This document shows, in pieces, positions 1-9,576 of a stretch of 64,000 nt of DNA (its first letter is position 1; each line of letters begins with the position of its first letter). Where the stretch lies: NCBI GenBank assembly GCA_964229765.1, contig CAXREJ010000022.1, positions 19,128-83,127 of the forward strand. The letters are read 5' to 3'. The stretch is from Bdellovibrionales bacterium (GTDB lineage Bacteria; Bdellovibrionota; Bdellovibrionia; Bdellovibrionales; JAGQZY01). The position numbers and the translations under genes are program-made. The notes under the pieces are model-generated. The model was not told where the DNA came from and did no database searches. It saw only the letters and a program-made list of their open reading frames with translations.

Positions 1-519
1 GTTTTCTCATTTTTGAAAGCTTTAAGAGAAGATTATGCACTTTTAAGCACTGTTCAGCATCACAGAGTTTCAGTGCCTCTCGCCCAGCCAGCCTCTTGGA
101 AGGAACGACTGACAACTCTTTTTGATTGCCCAGGTTATGAAGAAGTTAAAAAGTTTATGGAAAAAGAAGTGAAGCCAGCATTTGAAGAATTAAAGGACGA
201 GCTTGTGCGCAAGCAATTTGATGTTCATCTAGATTATAATATTCATGATTCCATCCGCATTGTAGTGAACCAAAAAGGTGTAGAAGATTTCTCATATGGT
301 ATTAGGCTACAGCAGTATGCTGTTCCCGATTATACCCCTTCTGATTCTAAAAAGTACTTTCGAGCCGAAGTTTTTACCCGGCAGGGAGGTCAAGATTATG
401 ATGTATATGGGTACAATCAAGAGCAAATTATTGCTGATGCTTTAAGGCAGTATGAAAAACATCTTCACTATCTGCATTTGGTTAACTCGGAACAACTTGA
501 ATTTCAAAAGAAAGATTAG
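1..519 (+). CDS. betT: BCCT-family (BetT-like) choline/betaine transporter, C-terminal part; 5' truncated by window edge
   Basis: KALRED..., WKERL, F.YGI, YFRAEVF..GGQDYDVYGY..EQII.D.L.QYEKHL.YLH match the BetT cytoplasmic C-terminal domain. Confidence 0.75.
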   Translation, partial: VFSFLKALREDYALLSTVQHHRVSVPLAQPASWKERLTTLFDCPGYEEVKKFMEKEVKPAFEELKDELVRKQFDVHLDYNIHDSIRIVVNQKGVEDFSYGIRLQQYAVPDYTPSDSKKYFRAEVFTRQGGQDYDVYGYNQEQIIADALRQYEKHLHYLHLVNSEQLEFQKKD

Positions 520-561
520 CTTTTTTTCAAGTTTGAAATCAGTAAACTGAGTTAACTTCCT

Positions 562-1755
562 TTAGGAAGAGCGGACACAAGAGATAGAAGTGTAAACGGA
601 TGGTTCGTTGTAGTCGGGCACAGGTATTCCTAAATCCCATCGCCTTGGAGTAGGTGGGGCGGGGCTCACACGGTTTCGAGAAACTTGACAGATATGTCTT
701 AAACGAAAAACAGCAGGAGCTGTTAGTTGTAATTGCACAGGTTGGGTTGAGTGGGCGGTTGTTCCTGGGCCAGAATATCCTCCACCAGCAGGGTAACGAG
801 CCCCAGCAGAGCCAGAAGTCCAATCTTCAAGTACAACTTGATAACCTTCAATGGCTTCATAACTTTGTGTTGTTATTTTGCATTCGTAATTACCAGCATT
901 GACGGTGAAGCTAAGGTATCCAAAAGCTCTTACATCAGTGAGTTGTACATTGTCTCCTTCGTCAAACTCCTCATCGCTTAAAGGGCGAAATTGACGGCCA
1001 GGAAGTGGGGGAGAGAGTTGTCGACAATTACCACCACCGATTTCGTCAGCGGCATTCCATGTGTTGGGGTCTTTGTATACAATTAAAAAAGATTCACTTC
1101 GTACTTTTTGTTTCCTTTTAACACTGATTTGATAATCGTCTGTATTCAGTCGATCGTTTATTTCTGATTTATCTCTAGGATTAAAGATAAGTTCAGCTTT
1201 GATAGTCACCTCTGGTCTTTGACACTGAGGTTGGCCGTTTGTGCAAAAGAACCAGGCTGCTAAGTTGTAACGAAAAGGACAGTTGTTGTTACCAGCACCG
1301 GCTGTACCGTTAAAAGTATTACATGGTTCTCCACTGCGATTAAAGCCGCCATTCGGGTTAGCACCTCTCATGTAAATAGAATTTGTCTCGGTATAGAGAT
1401 TGAAGTCATATACTGAAGCTCCCGATAAAAAAGCACCGGTGTATGGATTGTCATTGTTGTGTGTACAGTTGGAGCCTTCAGCGCGAGTACAGCGCAGGCC
1501 TACATTTGCAGCCACAGTAAATTCCCAAGCTGTTTCACTTCTTATATACTCTTCCACTCTTGATTTTATAATAGAAGCCGTTGCTTTTAAGTCGGTACGT
1601 TTTTGAACAGAAACAACATTTTTCATCAATGTCGCTGTTCCTAATCCAACCAATGTCATTATGGTCATAACGATCATTATTTCAACAAGGGACATGCCCT
1701 TATGAGATTTTAGAATAGATGTATTTTTAGTATTTTTAGTCCATCTAAAATTCAC
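562..1755 (-). CDS. large type IV prepilin-like protein with extra C-terminal beta domain (paralog 1)
   Basis: Class III signal KG|MSLVEIMIVM (G-1, E+5, hydrophobic helix); Cys-rich pilin body with CPFRY; paralogous to next two ORFs. Confidence 0.8.
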   Translation of the reverse strand: MNFRWTKNTKNTSILKSHKGMSLVEIMIVMTIMTLVGLGTATLMKNVVSVQKRTDLKATASIIKSRVEEYIRSETAWEFTVAANVGLRCTRAEGSNCTHNNDNPYTGAFLSGASVYDFNLYTETNSIYMRGANPNGGFNRSGEPCNTFNGTAGAGNNNCPFRYNLAAWFFCTNGQPQCQRPEVTIKAELIFNPRDKSEINDRLNTDDYQISVKRKQKVRSESFLIVYKDPNTWNAADEIGGGNCRQLSPPLPGRQFRPLSDEEFDEGDNVQLTDVRAFGYLSFTVNAGNYECKITTQSYEAIEGYQVVLEDWTSGSAGARYPAGGGYSGPGTTAHSTQPVQLQLTAPAVFRLRHICQVSRNRVSPAPPTPRRWDLGIPVPDYNEPSVYTSISCVRSS

Positions 1756-1758
1756 AGT

Positions 1759-2880
1759 TTATCCTTTTCTCGTACAAGTCATAATTGTGTAGCGATTAAT
1801 ACCTATGCCGTCTAAATCCACACCGTAATTTGGCTTAGGTATTCCCATGTCAAAGTTATGGGCAGGGTTATCTTGAAAACAATAATGTTGGATTCTATAA
1901 AAATGATTTGTATTAGTCACTTCAAAGTCGACACTGCCAATAACCACAGTGGAAGTGTCTTGCGCTGAGTATCCACTGCCGACAATCATACTGTCAGTAG
2001 TATGGGCATTGTATAATCTAATTTTAAAGCCTCCTATTGCTCCATAGGATTCAGCCTTGATTTCACAAGTGTAAAATCCCAATTTCATTTGTACTGAAGA
2101 GTTGGGATTGTTAAGGCTAATAAGGGTGTTATTATGATTATAATTAATGTAGTTTAAGGAACGAGTTCTCCAGTTGCCACTATTGCAATTGCCTCCAGGA
2201 GTGTTTGTGGTTGCAAACATGACTTGGAACTTATCAATTTTATCAGGCTGTGATTTGCGAAACTCAAAATCCATTTTTCCACGAGCTTCCCAGCCGACCT
2301 CACCACCAGCGGTATCAATAAGTTCCATGCTATTGGCTATATGTAGATCATCAGCCGGTGAATATTTAAAGTCACCTTGAATTATGATATCAGGAGATTT
2401 GCAACTATCGAGACCAAAGTTACATATAAATCGGAGGCGGACATCATAACGGTAAGGGCAATCGTTATTGCCGGCCGCATTGTATGTCGTGCAACTTATA
2501 TTTTCTCCAGTCTTGTCCGTAAAACCATGAGTTCCATTGTTGGCTCTAAAATAAATAACATTTTGTCGGTTGTAGATAACGAAGTTAGTAACAACGGCGT
2601 TATTATTACATTTGGTATTGTTATCCTCACGCAAACAACTTAATGAAGGATTGTTTGCAACAGTTTGTGCCCAAGACTCTTCATCTTTAAGAGTTTTGAT
2701 CATTTGATCGCGCAAGCTAAAGAGTGTGGATTTGGTGTTACTTTTAGTGTTGAGTTTAACTAAGTTGTTAACTAGAGCGGTTGTCCCAAGACCCATGAGT
2801 CCTATGATAGCCATTACGACAATCAGTTCCATAAGAGAAAAGCCTGAGTTTTTGGATTTAAATGATTTTAAAATTTTCAA
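1759..2880 (-). CDS. large type IV prepilin-like protein with extra C-terminal beta domain (paralog 2)
   Basis: SG|FSLMELIVVM prepilin motif; CPYRY; probable TTG start at 2880 after GGAAAGG (ORF track extends to 2913). Confidence 0.8.
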   Translation of the reverse strand: MKILKSFKSKNSGFSLMELIVVMAIIGLMGLGTTALVNNLVKLNTKSNTKSTLFSLRDQMIKTLKDEESWAQTVANNPSLSCLREDNNTKCNNNAVVTNFVIYNRQNVIYFRANNGTHGFTDKTGENISCTTYNAAGNNDCPYRYDVRLRFICNFGLDSCKSPDIIIQGDFKYSPADDLHIANSMELIDTAGGEVGWEARGKMDFEFRKSQPDKIDKFQVMFATTNTPGGNCNSGNWRTRSLNYINYNHNNTLISLNNPNSSVQMKLGFYTCEIKAESYGAIGGFKIRLYNAHTTDSMIVGSGYSAQDTSTVVIGSVDFEVTNTNHFYRIQHYCFQDNPAHNFDMGIPKPNYGVDLDGIGINRYTIMTCTRKG

Positions 2881-2894
2881 ACTCAAACCTTTCC

Positions 2895-4055
2895 CTATGA
2901 GGACCTTGTGCAAGTGACTGCCGTATAGACAGTTGGATTAGTGGCTGTATAATCTTGGAGTGGAATACCTAAGTCAAAAAGATCAGATGTGTTTCGGCTA
3001 TTTGTGCACTCATGACGAAGTTCAAAAGTTGTTGTTGCTGAAAGAACCAGTTGAACAGACTCTGTGGAATTTGCTGTTGTGCCAACCCCAGAAAAGCCAC
3101 CTCCAGCTGCGTACTCACGATTATTAGCAACATTGAGTAAAAACACTCGGTAACCTGTAATGGCTTCAAAACTTTGAGTGGTGACTTTGCATTCGTAAGT
3201 GCCTGGTTGTAAACGAAATCTTTGAAAGCCAACTCCGGCCACTGAGTTGACTAGTTGAACGTTATCACCAGTATCGTAAGTTTCGCGAGTGAATGGACGA
3301 ACCACCCCAGCGGGAGCTGTTGCTGGTAAGCAGTTACCTCCACCTAAGGTATCAGGGCCAGGACTAAATGTAGAAGGATCTTCATGGACAATTTGAAGTG
3401 TGTCATAACGTACCGCACGCCCTCTTTCCAGATTGATTCGGTAGTCTTGAACATTAATGCGAGCATTAACGGAACTTACATCTTTGGGATTAAAAACAAG
3501 TTCTCCACGAATAACCACTCTTGGCCGAGAACAGTTAGGTTGTTGATTTGTACATTGATACCATACGGCTAAACGGTAGCGAAAAGGACAAAAGTTATCA
3601 CCAGAACCAATGGTTGCATCAAAGGTATTACAAGAATCCGTATTGGGAGTAAAACCACTTGTAGGAGCACTGGCTCGTCCATCAAAGTAAACGTTACCTT
3701 GAGGATCATAAATTCTAAAATTTACGGCTGAGGCACCAAGGAACCAATTAGGAGCTGTATCATTAGGTAATGGAGTTGCGTTATGTGTGCAATTAGGAGT
3801 GTTTGATCTTAAACAAGAAAGAGCCGCATTATTGGCAACAGAGTGAGCCCAAGCAGCATCATCTTGAATGTATTGTTCCATCCGCGCTTTAATTTGTGAG
3901 GCTGTTGACTTTAAATCTGTTCTTTTTTGAACTCCCACCATATTTTTTAAAAGTGAAGCTGTTCCCAAACCCACTAGTCCCATGATGGTTACGATAATCA
4001 TAACCTCGATAAGAGACATACCTTTAGTTGAGGAAAGTTCTTTTTTAAAAATCAT
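2895..4055 (-). CDS. large type IV prepilin-like protein with extra C-terminal beta domain (paralog 3)
   Basis: KG|MSLIEVMIIV prepilin motif; closest to paralog 1 (VQKRTDLK, GGGNC, GDNVQL, YECK, DLGIP, C-RSS end). Confidence 0.8.
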   Translation of the reverse strand: MIFKKELSSTKGMSLIEVMIIVTIMGLVGLGTASLLKNMVGVQKRTDLKSTASQIKARMEQYIQDDAAWAHSVANNAALSCLRSNTPNCTHNATPLPNDTAPNWFLGASAVNFRIYDPQGNVYFDGRASAPTSGFTPNTDSCNTFDATIGSGDNFCPFRYRLAVWYQCTNQQPNCSRPRVVIRGELVFNPKDVSSVNARINVQDYRINLERGRAVRYDTLQIVHEDPSTFSPGPDTLGGGNCLPATAPAGVVRPFTRETYDTGDNVQLVNSVAGVGFQRFRLQPGTYECKVTTQSFEAITGYRVFLLNVANNREYAAGGGFSGVGTTANSTESVQLVLSATTTFELRHECTNSRNTSDLFDLGIPLQDYTATNPTVYTAVTCTRSS

Positions 4056-4232
4056 AAAACGCGCCCAAGAAATAAGAAAACTATCAATATTATATAATAA
4101 AATTATATCAGAGATTAATTGAATAATAACAAATGTTTGCCAAAACCCAACCTAGCCAATGGAATTGTTTTTAAATGAGACATATTTCGACAGAAAGACG
4201 AGTGTACTTTTGTATGTCTTTATTTGTTTGTT

Positions 4233-4808
4233 TTATTGTGAGTCACACCAACTCATGGGTAGTATGAGCTTCCAAGTATCTTTAAAACGCTTCCTCGCGA
4301 CTTTAGATCCAAGATAAAGATAGAGATAGCCACTGTTGGCAGGGTAAGAAGATATAAATCCTAAACTTCCAAAGCCTTGACCATTGGTCGAGGTGTATCC
4401 TCTTTTTCCTGACTTATTTTTCCAACGAAGTTTTCGACTGTAAAGAGGTTTAAGGTTGACCTTTTGTACTGTGCCTGTTGAGTTTCTACACATGACTTGG
4501 AAATTCAGTCGCGAAAGATAAAGTCGCTGACAATCGGGATTTGAAGAGCGATTGGACTTAATTTCGCAGGTATTAAAAGCTTGTTCCTGGAAACCAATTT
4601 GTTCATTGGGGTGATCCATACCAAGTTCTGCTAAAAGTTGGTTTACGTCAATATCGTTATATTGTAATTCGCTACCAGAAGAGGCGTCTAAATAACTGGA
4701 CTGACTTTTGGGTAATAGTTTTTTTATTGGCTTTGGTGTTGGTGTAGAGCTACAACCAAGTTGCACCAGTGATAAAGCTAATAAGAAGGACCAGTACGAA
4801 AGCTTCAC
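4233..4808 (-). CDS. hypothetical lipoprotein
   Basis: Signal peptide with lipobox-like QLGC; no recognisable family. Confidence 0.65.
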   Translation of the reverse strand: MKLSYWSFLLALSLVQLGCSSTPTPKPIKKLLPKSQSSYLDASSGSELQYNDIDVNQLLAELGMDHPNEQIGFQEQAFNTCEIKSNRSSNPDCQRLYLSRLNFQVMCRNSTGTVQKVNLKPLYSRKLRWKNKSGKRGYTSTNGQGFGSLGFISSYPANSGYLYLYLGSKVARKRFKDTWKLILPMSWCDSQ

Positions 4809-5030
4809 GAGTTAATAGTACACAGTGGAATTGAGTTGCCGTCAAATTACCGTAGCGAAAATTAACCTTAGCCTGGTAAAGTCGAAAATGGATTTGATAT
4901 TAGAGTCAATTGATGATCTGTACCTTACTATCAATTCTTTAAAAGCCTTAGAGGCATTTCTTCTAAAAGAAAAGGGTCTTGCTAAAGAAGCTCCCATTCT
5001 TAGTGGGTTTTGATTTTAGGGTACAGGACT

Positions 5031-5101
5031 CATACGGTTTAGTTAATTTTCTGTACAGCTTCATTCTTACACCTCACTTCGAACTTAATTAAACGGCATT
5101 A
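5031..5101 (+). repeat. internally deleted copy of repeat family A (IS4-like ends)
   Basis: catacggtttagttaa...tgtacagcttcattcttacacctcac..gaacttaattaaacggcatta shares both ends and the gtacagc..ctcac..aacttaa core with copies at 10677, 22528, 49956 and 55664. Confidence 0.55.
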
Positions 5102-5197
5102 TGTAAAGAGCCTCGTTTATGAAGTATAGACTTAGGTCCTCCCTAGATATCCTCACATCATTCAATCTAGGATATATAAAAATTATTTGAGGATTAT

Positions 5198-5235
5198 TAA
5201 TTTAAGGAGCTAACTTGAAACAGCTCCTTAAATTA
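5198..5235 (-). terminator. hairpin, probable intrinsic terminator of the M2 peptidase gene
   Basis: Perfect 14-bp inverted repeat taatttaaggagct/agctccttaaatta just after the stop codon. Confidence 0.6.
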
Positions 5236-5240
5236 GAACT

Positions 5241-7013
5241 TTACCAACCACAAGTGAGATTTTTATTTTGTGACCTTAACCAGCTCTCAAGGGGCTTAAA
5301 GTAGTCACGAATAGCAGAGGCATCCATATTTTCTTTACCCGTAACAATTTTTAAAGCATCTTGCCAAGGCTTGCTTTTTCCAAGCTTCATCATGGTCCAA
5401 AGCTGTTCGCCGGCTTCTTTGCTGTTAAAAATTGAGCACTCATGTAGCGGGCCTTCATGACCAGCGGTTTTACATAGGGAGCGATGAAGCTGAAACTGTA
5501 GAATGTGGGCTATAAAATAGCGTGAATAAGGCGTGTAAGCAGGAATATGATATTTGGCTCCAGCATCAAAAGCTTGAAGTGGGCGATCAACAGGGGCTCG
5601 AACGCCTTGGTATTTACGACGTAACTGCCACCAGTGTTCATTGTATTGGCTCGGTGGGGTGCGGCCATCAAAGACTTGCCATCTCCATTTATCAATCATA
5701 AGGCCAAAAGGAAGAAAGGCCACTTTACCTAAAGCAAGGCGGAGTAAGGCTTTCTCATCACGAGTTGGTATTTCCTCATTTTGCTTAATGAGGTCGATGT
5801 CTTTTAAATATTTTCCAGTTATAGATAGTTCAATGGTATCTCCAATGGCTTCATGGAAGCCATCATTGGCACTGCCTTGGTAAACATATGGCAGATCTTT
5901 ATAGGCAAGATAATAGTAGATGTGACCAAGCTCGTGGTGAATTGTGCGAAAGTCTTCTTCCGTAGGCTCAATACACATTTTAATTCTGACATCCTCTTCA
6001 CTATCAATATGCCAAGCACTTGCATGACAAACAACATCTCGATCTCTCGGCTTTTCAAAAAGAGACTGTTCATAAAAACTTTTTGGAAGTTTGGGCATTC
6101 CAAGGGACACAAAAAAGTTTTCTGCGGTTTTCACCATTTTTGCAGAGTCGTATTTGTTTTGTTCTAAAAGCTTAGTAATGTTGGTCGTAGAATTATTTTC
6201 AGGTAGAAGAATATCCAGAATTTTATCCCAGGATTGAGCCCACATATTACCCAGAAGGTGAGCAGGAATTTCTTTATCAAGAGGGACAACGTCGTTACCA
6301 TAATACTGATTTAGGCGTGATCGCACGAAGCAGTGCAGTTGCTCATAAAAAGGCTTTACTTCGCCCCAAAGCCGGTCGAGTTCTTTTTCAAAGTCTTCAG
6401 CCGGCAAGTCATACTTGGTTCTCCAAAAGTTGGCCATCTGTTCAAAGCCTAAGTCTCTTGCACCTTGATTTCCCAACTCTACCGTTTTCATGAATTTATC
6501 TTTCATTGGGTAGGCCACTGTTCGCCAACCTTCCCAAGCTTTTAAAAGCTCTTGTGGTTGACGGGATTCTCCAATGGTTTTTTCTAAATCTTTTAGATCT
6601 TGGCAATTATCAGGAGTTTCGCAGAATTTGCCACTACCATAAAGGCTTTCTAATTCAGAACGTAGTTTAGCTAATTGAGCATTTTTCAAACTATTATTGG
6701 GGGAGGGAACAGTGAGGTGTTTTAGAATCTCAGAAAGAGATCGTTTTTGTGATTCATCAGCGCCGCGGTAATTTTTTGAATCAATAGCCAGTGTGGTGGC
6801 TTTTTCATTAAAACGTGCACTGTACTCCGCTGCAATAACAGTTGTATCAGGAGTAATGAAATTTGATTGTACCCATTGAGATATGTTGGTGAGATAAGAT
6901 TCTTTTTTAAGGTCGTCATTGGCCTTTTTTATAAATTCTGAAGTGGACAGTTTTTTTTCAGAATTAGGGGAACATCCAATAACCAACGCCAATAAAATAA
7001 AAGTAAAACGCAT
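5241..7013 (-). CDS. M2-family metallopeptidase (angiotensin-converting-enzyme-like peptidyl-dipeptidase), lipoprotein
   Basis: PAHLLGNMWAQSW, VVCHASAW, HHELGH zinc motif, GFHEAIGD, FDAGAKYH; lipobox VIGC. Confidence 0.95.
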   Translation of the reverse strand: MRFTFILLALVIGCSPNSEKKLSTSEFIKKANDDLKKESYLTNISQWVQSNFITPDTTVIAAEYSARFNEKATTLAIDSKNYRGADESQKRSLSEILKHLTVPSPNNSLKNAQLAKLRSELESLYGSGKFCETPDNCQDLKDLEKTIGESRQPQELLKAWEGWRTVAYPMKDKFMKTVELGNQGARDLGFEQMANFWRTKYDLPAEDFEKELDRLWGEVKPFYEQLHCFVRSRLNQYYGNDVVPLDKEIPAHLLGNMWAQSWDKILDILLPENNSTTNITKLLEQNKYDSAKMVKTAENFFVSLGMPKLPKSFYEQSLFEKPRDRDVVCHASAWHIDSEEDVRIKMCIEPTEEDFRTIHHELGHIYYYLAYKDLPYVYQGSANDGFHEAIGDTIELSITGKYLKDIDLIKQNEEIPTRDEKALLRLALGKVAFLPFGLMIDKWRWQVFDGRTPPSQYNEHWWQLRRKYQGVRAPVDRPLQAFDAGAKYHIPAYTPYSRYFIAHILQFQLHRSLCKTAGHEGPLHECSIFNSKEAGEQLWTMMKLGKSKPWQDALKIVTGKENMDASAIRDYFKPLESWLRSQNKNLTCGW

Positions 7014-7239
7014 ATTAAAACCTTCCTAAAGTATGTAGTAAGGAATTACATCTATATAGACAGGCTTGCAAGGACTGATGGGGTGTTTGACGGGATGCCG
7101 TTGAGTTAATTTCTGAAGAGAAAGGGGTATGAAGCTTACTGTGGAAACGCAGCTGGGATTAGGTAAATGGTTGTTATAAGTCTATATTTGCAGTTCTACT
7201 GTTAGTGCTTGCGTTAAAGTGCCTGAGGGGCTTTTTGTT

Positions 7240-8601
7240 TTACTTCATTCTCCAAAAAGTGGCATCGAAGTTTCCAGAGGAATTCTCTGAAAAACCACCA
7301 ATATAGACTCTCTCAAAGATATCAATAAGCACAGAATTGCCAGCATCAACCCCAAAGCCACCAGCAGCAGAATCATGGGAAAAGTACCCGTCGGTATTGA
7401 AACTATCATCTAAGCTCCCGTCTTCATTTAAACGCCAGATACTCATGCTCTGATTGCTTTCTCCAGCGACCAGTAAATTGCGAGACCCATCGATAAAGAG
7501 ACTGTTGCCAAAATCATTTGATGGAGTTCCAGCAAGTGTTGAAGAGTCAAAGATGACTAAGCCATTGTTGCCAAAGTCGTTGTTTAAAGTTCCATCAGAT
7601 GCAATTTTCCATAAAACCATGTCGTAGTTTCCATGGGTGTTACGAGAAAAACCGCTCACAATATACTGTCCAGTATGATCAACGACGATGTCTTTTCCTC
7701 CATCTTGGTCGTTACCACCAGCAGCATTGTGATGAACAAAAATACCAGTGCCATTAAAGGAGGTGTCTAATGAGCCAGAAGAATCAAATTTCCAAACCAC
7801 TGTGTCGCTAAGATCAGAGCCTGATTCGCCACTTCCAGCAACAATAATATTACCATTAGAATCAAAATCAAAAGAGTTTCCAATATCATCCTCTCCGCCG
7901 GCAGCTCCATCATAAGTGAGAACTCCATCGGTATCAAATGATGTATCTAATGTTCCATTGGTGTTTAATTTCCAAATCGCTAAATCTCGATTGGTAAGAC
8001 TCTGGTCGGAATAGCCTACAATCAGGATCTTTTGACTACTATTGATTTTAATTTTATTACCCTGATCATTTAGGTTTCCACCAGCAGCGTTGTCATGAGC
8101 AAAAAGACCGGTTCCATTGAAACTTGAGTCAATGGCTCCACTGGAAGTGATTTTCCATACAACCATATCGAAGTTTCCACTGCCATTAAGTGAAGTTCCT
8201 GTTACATAAATGTTATTTGAACTGTCAGTTACAATAGAGTAGCCGATATCGTCTCCGGAACCACCAGCGGCATTGTCGTGGGAATAAATACCATCTCCAC
8301 TAAAGGAAGTATCGAGGGTTCCAGAAGCTGTAAGACGCCAGATTGTCATGTCTAAATTACCAGAAGCATTGACTGAGCTTCCAACAGCGAGAATGCGTCC
8401 TTGTTGGTCCATGACCATATCATTAATTTCATCATGACCGCTTCCTCCAGCGGATCCATCAAGTGTGTAGAAACCAGTACTAAAAAAGGTTAGATCTAAG
8501 ACTCCAAGATTATTAATAGAGGACAGTGGTGGAGGACTTTCTTTGTCGATCCCACAGGAAGAAAATATTAATAAAAAGATAAGAAGTTTAATTTTTTTCA
8601 T
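7240..8601 (-). CDS. lipoprotein with ~60-aa 'delta-60'-type beta-propeller repeats
   Basis: Lipobox FSSC; about seven repeats of H.NAAGG..D.G..I..D...I.V.G.S...DM.VWK..G.LD.SF..G. Confidence 0.8.
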   Translation of the reverse strand: MKKIKLLIFLLIFSSCGIDKESPPPLSSINNLGVLDLTFFSTGFYTLDGSAGGSGHDEINDMVMDQQGRILAVGSSVNASGNLDMTIWRLTASGTLDTSFSGDGIYSHDNAAGGSGDDIGYSIVTDSSNNIYVTGTSLNGSGNFDMVVWKITSSGAIDSSFNGTGLFAHDNAAGGNLNDQGNKIKINSSQKILIVGYSDQSLTNRDLAIWKLNTNGTLDTSFDTDGVLTYDGAAGGEDDIGNSFDFDSNGNIIVAGSGESGSDLSDTVVWKFDSSGSLDTSFNGTGIFVHHNAAGGNDQDGGKDIVVDHTGQYIVSGFSRNTHGNYDMVLWKIASDGTLNNDFGNNGLVIFDSSTLAGTPSNDFGNSLFIDGSRNLLVAGESNQSMSIWRLNEDGSLDDSFNTDGYFSHDSAAGGFGVDAGNSVLIDIFERVYIGGFSENSSGNFDATFWRMK

Positions 8602-8621
8602 AAGCGCTTTAACTTAAAGAC

Positions 8622-8648
8622 TTATCGGGAAAATGAATTAAAACTCAA
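8622..8648 (-). promoter_or_regulatory. putative sigma28 (FliA) promoter
   Basis: Minus strand TTGAGTTT-N11-CCCGATAA versus consensus TAAAGTTT-N11-GCCGATAA, 20 bp upstream of the lipoprotein start. Confidence 0.5.
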
Positions 8649-8878
8649 TTGGAATTCACAGACTAAAATCGAGTTTTAGTTATTCAATAAATTTTTTTTA
8701 ACTCAATCTAGACCTTAAGTTAGGACTTTATGAGGTCTCATGTAGATTTCCGATGAGAATAGGGGCTGCGAGGAATGAGGACTGGTGATAGCTATTTTGA
8801 GTCGACAAGTAGAATTGTAAGTGTTTTAAGTTTAATCTCAGTAGTCACTAGACGAAATGTTGACAGGTTTTAATACTT

Positions 8879-9367
8879 TTATTTTTTCTTAAGAGATAAC
8901 TCCAGTTGAAACTCTGCAACAACCTCTCCTTGGCAAAGGGCTTGTGCCTTAATGAGATCGTGATGTCGTTCGCCTGTTTGTAGGCATTTCTTTATGAGCT
9001 CAGCTATTTTTTCACCTTCATGGCATTGGAACTCCGTGGGGCCAACAGCTCGCTTAAGAAATTGCGATTGAAAAGATTTGAACACTAAGCTGATTTTTTC
9101 ATTTTCTTTTTCGATTTGGTAAGCGGCGAGTAAACCGACACAGGAGTCAGCACCAATAGCGAGTGCACCGAAATAAAGACTTCCTAGGTGATTCTTAACA
9201 ATTTTGGTAAAAGGCATTCTAATATTGCAGTGATTGTTATCTATAGATTCAACGGAAGCACCGGTGATAAAAAGGAGGGGAACCTTGCCAAGACCAAAAG
9301 CCTTAAGCATAAGGTTTGCTTTCGTTTTCTCGGGTACATACTGCAAAAAGGGCTTTGCAAATTTCAC
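8879..9367 (-). CDS. hotdog-fold thioesterase-like protein (DUF4442/YiiD-C type)
   Basis: KNHLGSLYFGALAIGAD and VFK.F...FLKRA.G motifs. Confidence 0.75.
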   Translation of the reverse strand: MKFAKPFLQYVPEKTKANLMLKAFGLGKVPLLFITGASVESIDNNHCNIRMPFTKIVKNHLGSLYFGALAIGADSCVGLLAAYQIEKENEKISLVFKSFQSQFLKRAVGPTEFQCHEGEKIAELIKKCLQTGERHHDLIKAQALCQGEVVAEFQLELSLKKK

Positions 9368-9576
9368 AATGATCCAAGCCTTTCAGAGTGAAGAGTCTGT
9401 TGAGAGATGGATCCTTGGGGGAGACTATGCTTTGCATTAATAATTGCAGAGAGTAAAAAGTCGTTATGGATTCAATATTCTACAACCTCTCAATGACACT
9501 CTAGAGAGAAGTCTGTTATAACATAATTCAAAGATACCTGAGTCAGAGAGTCTTGTAAATAAGGAGATTTTTTAAA

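Noticed and set aside
562-4055. Diversity-generating retroelement or shufflon acting on pilin C-termini
   Set aside because: No reverse transcriptase or recombinase, no near-identical template repeat, and paralog differences are spread throughout rather than adenine-specific
4825-5013. 62-aa ORF
   Set aside because: No RBS or recognisable motif; cannot be supported
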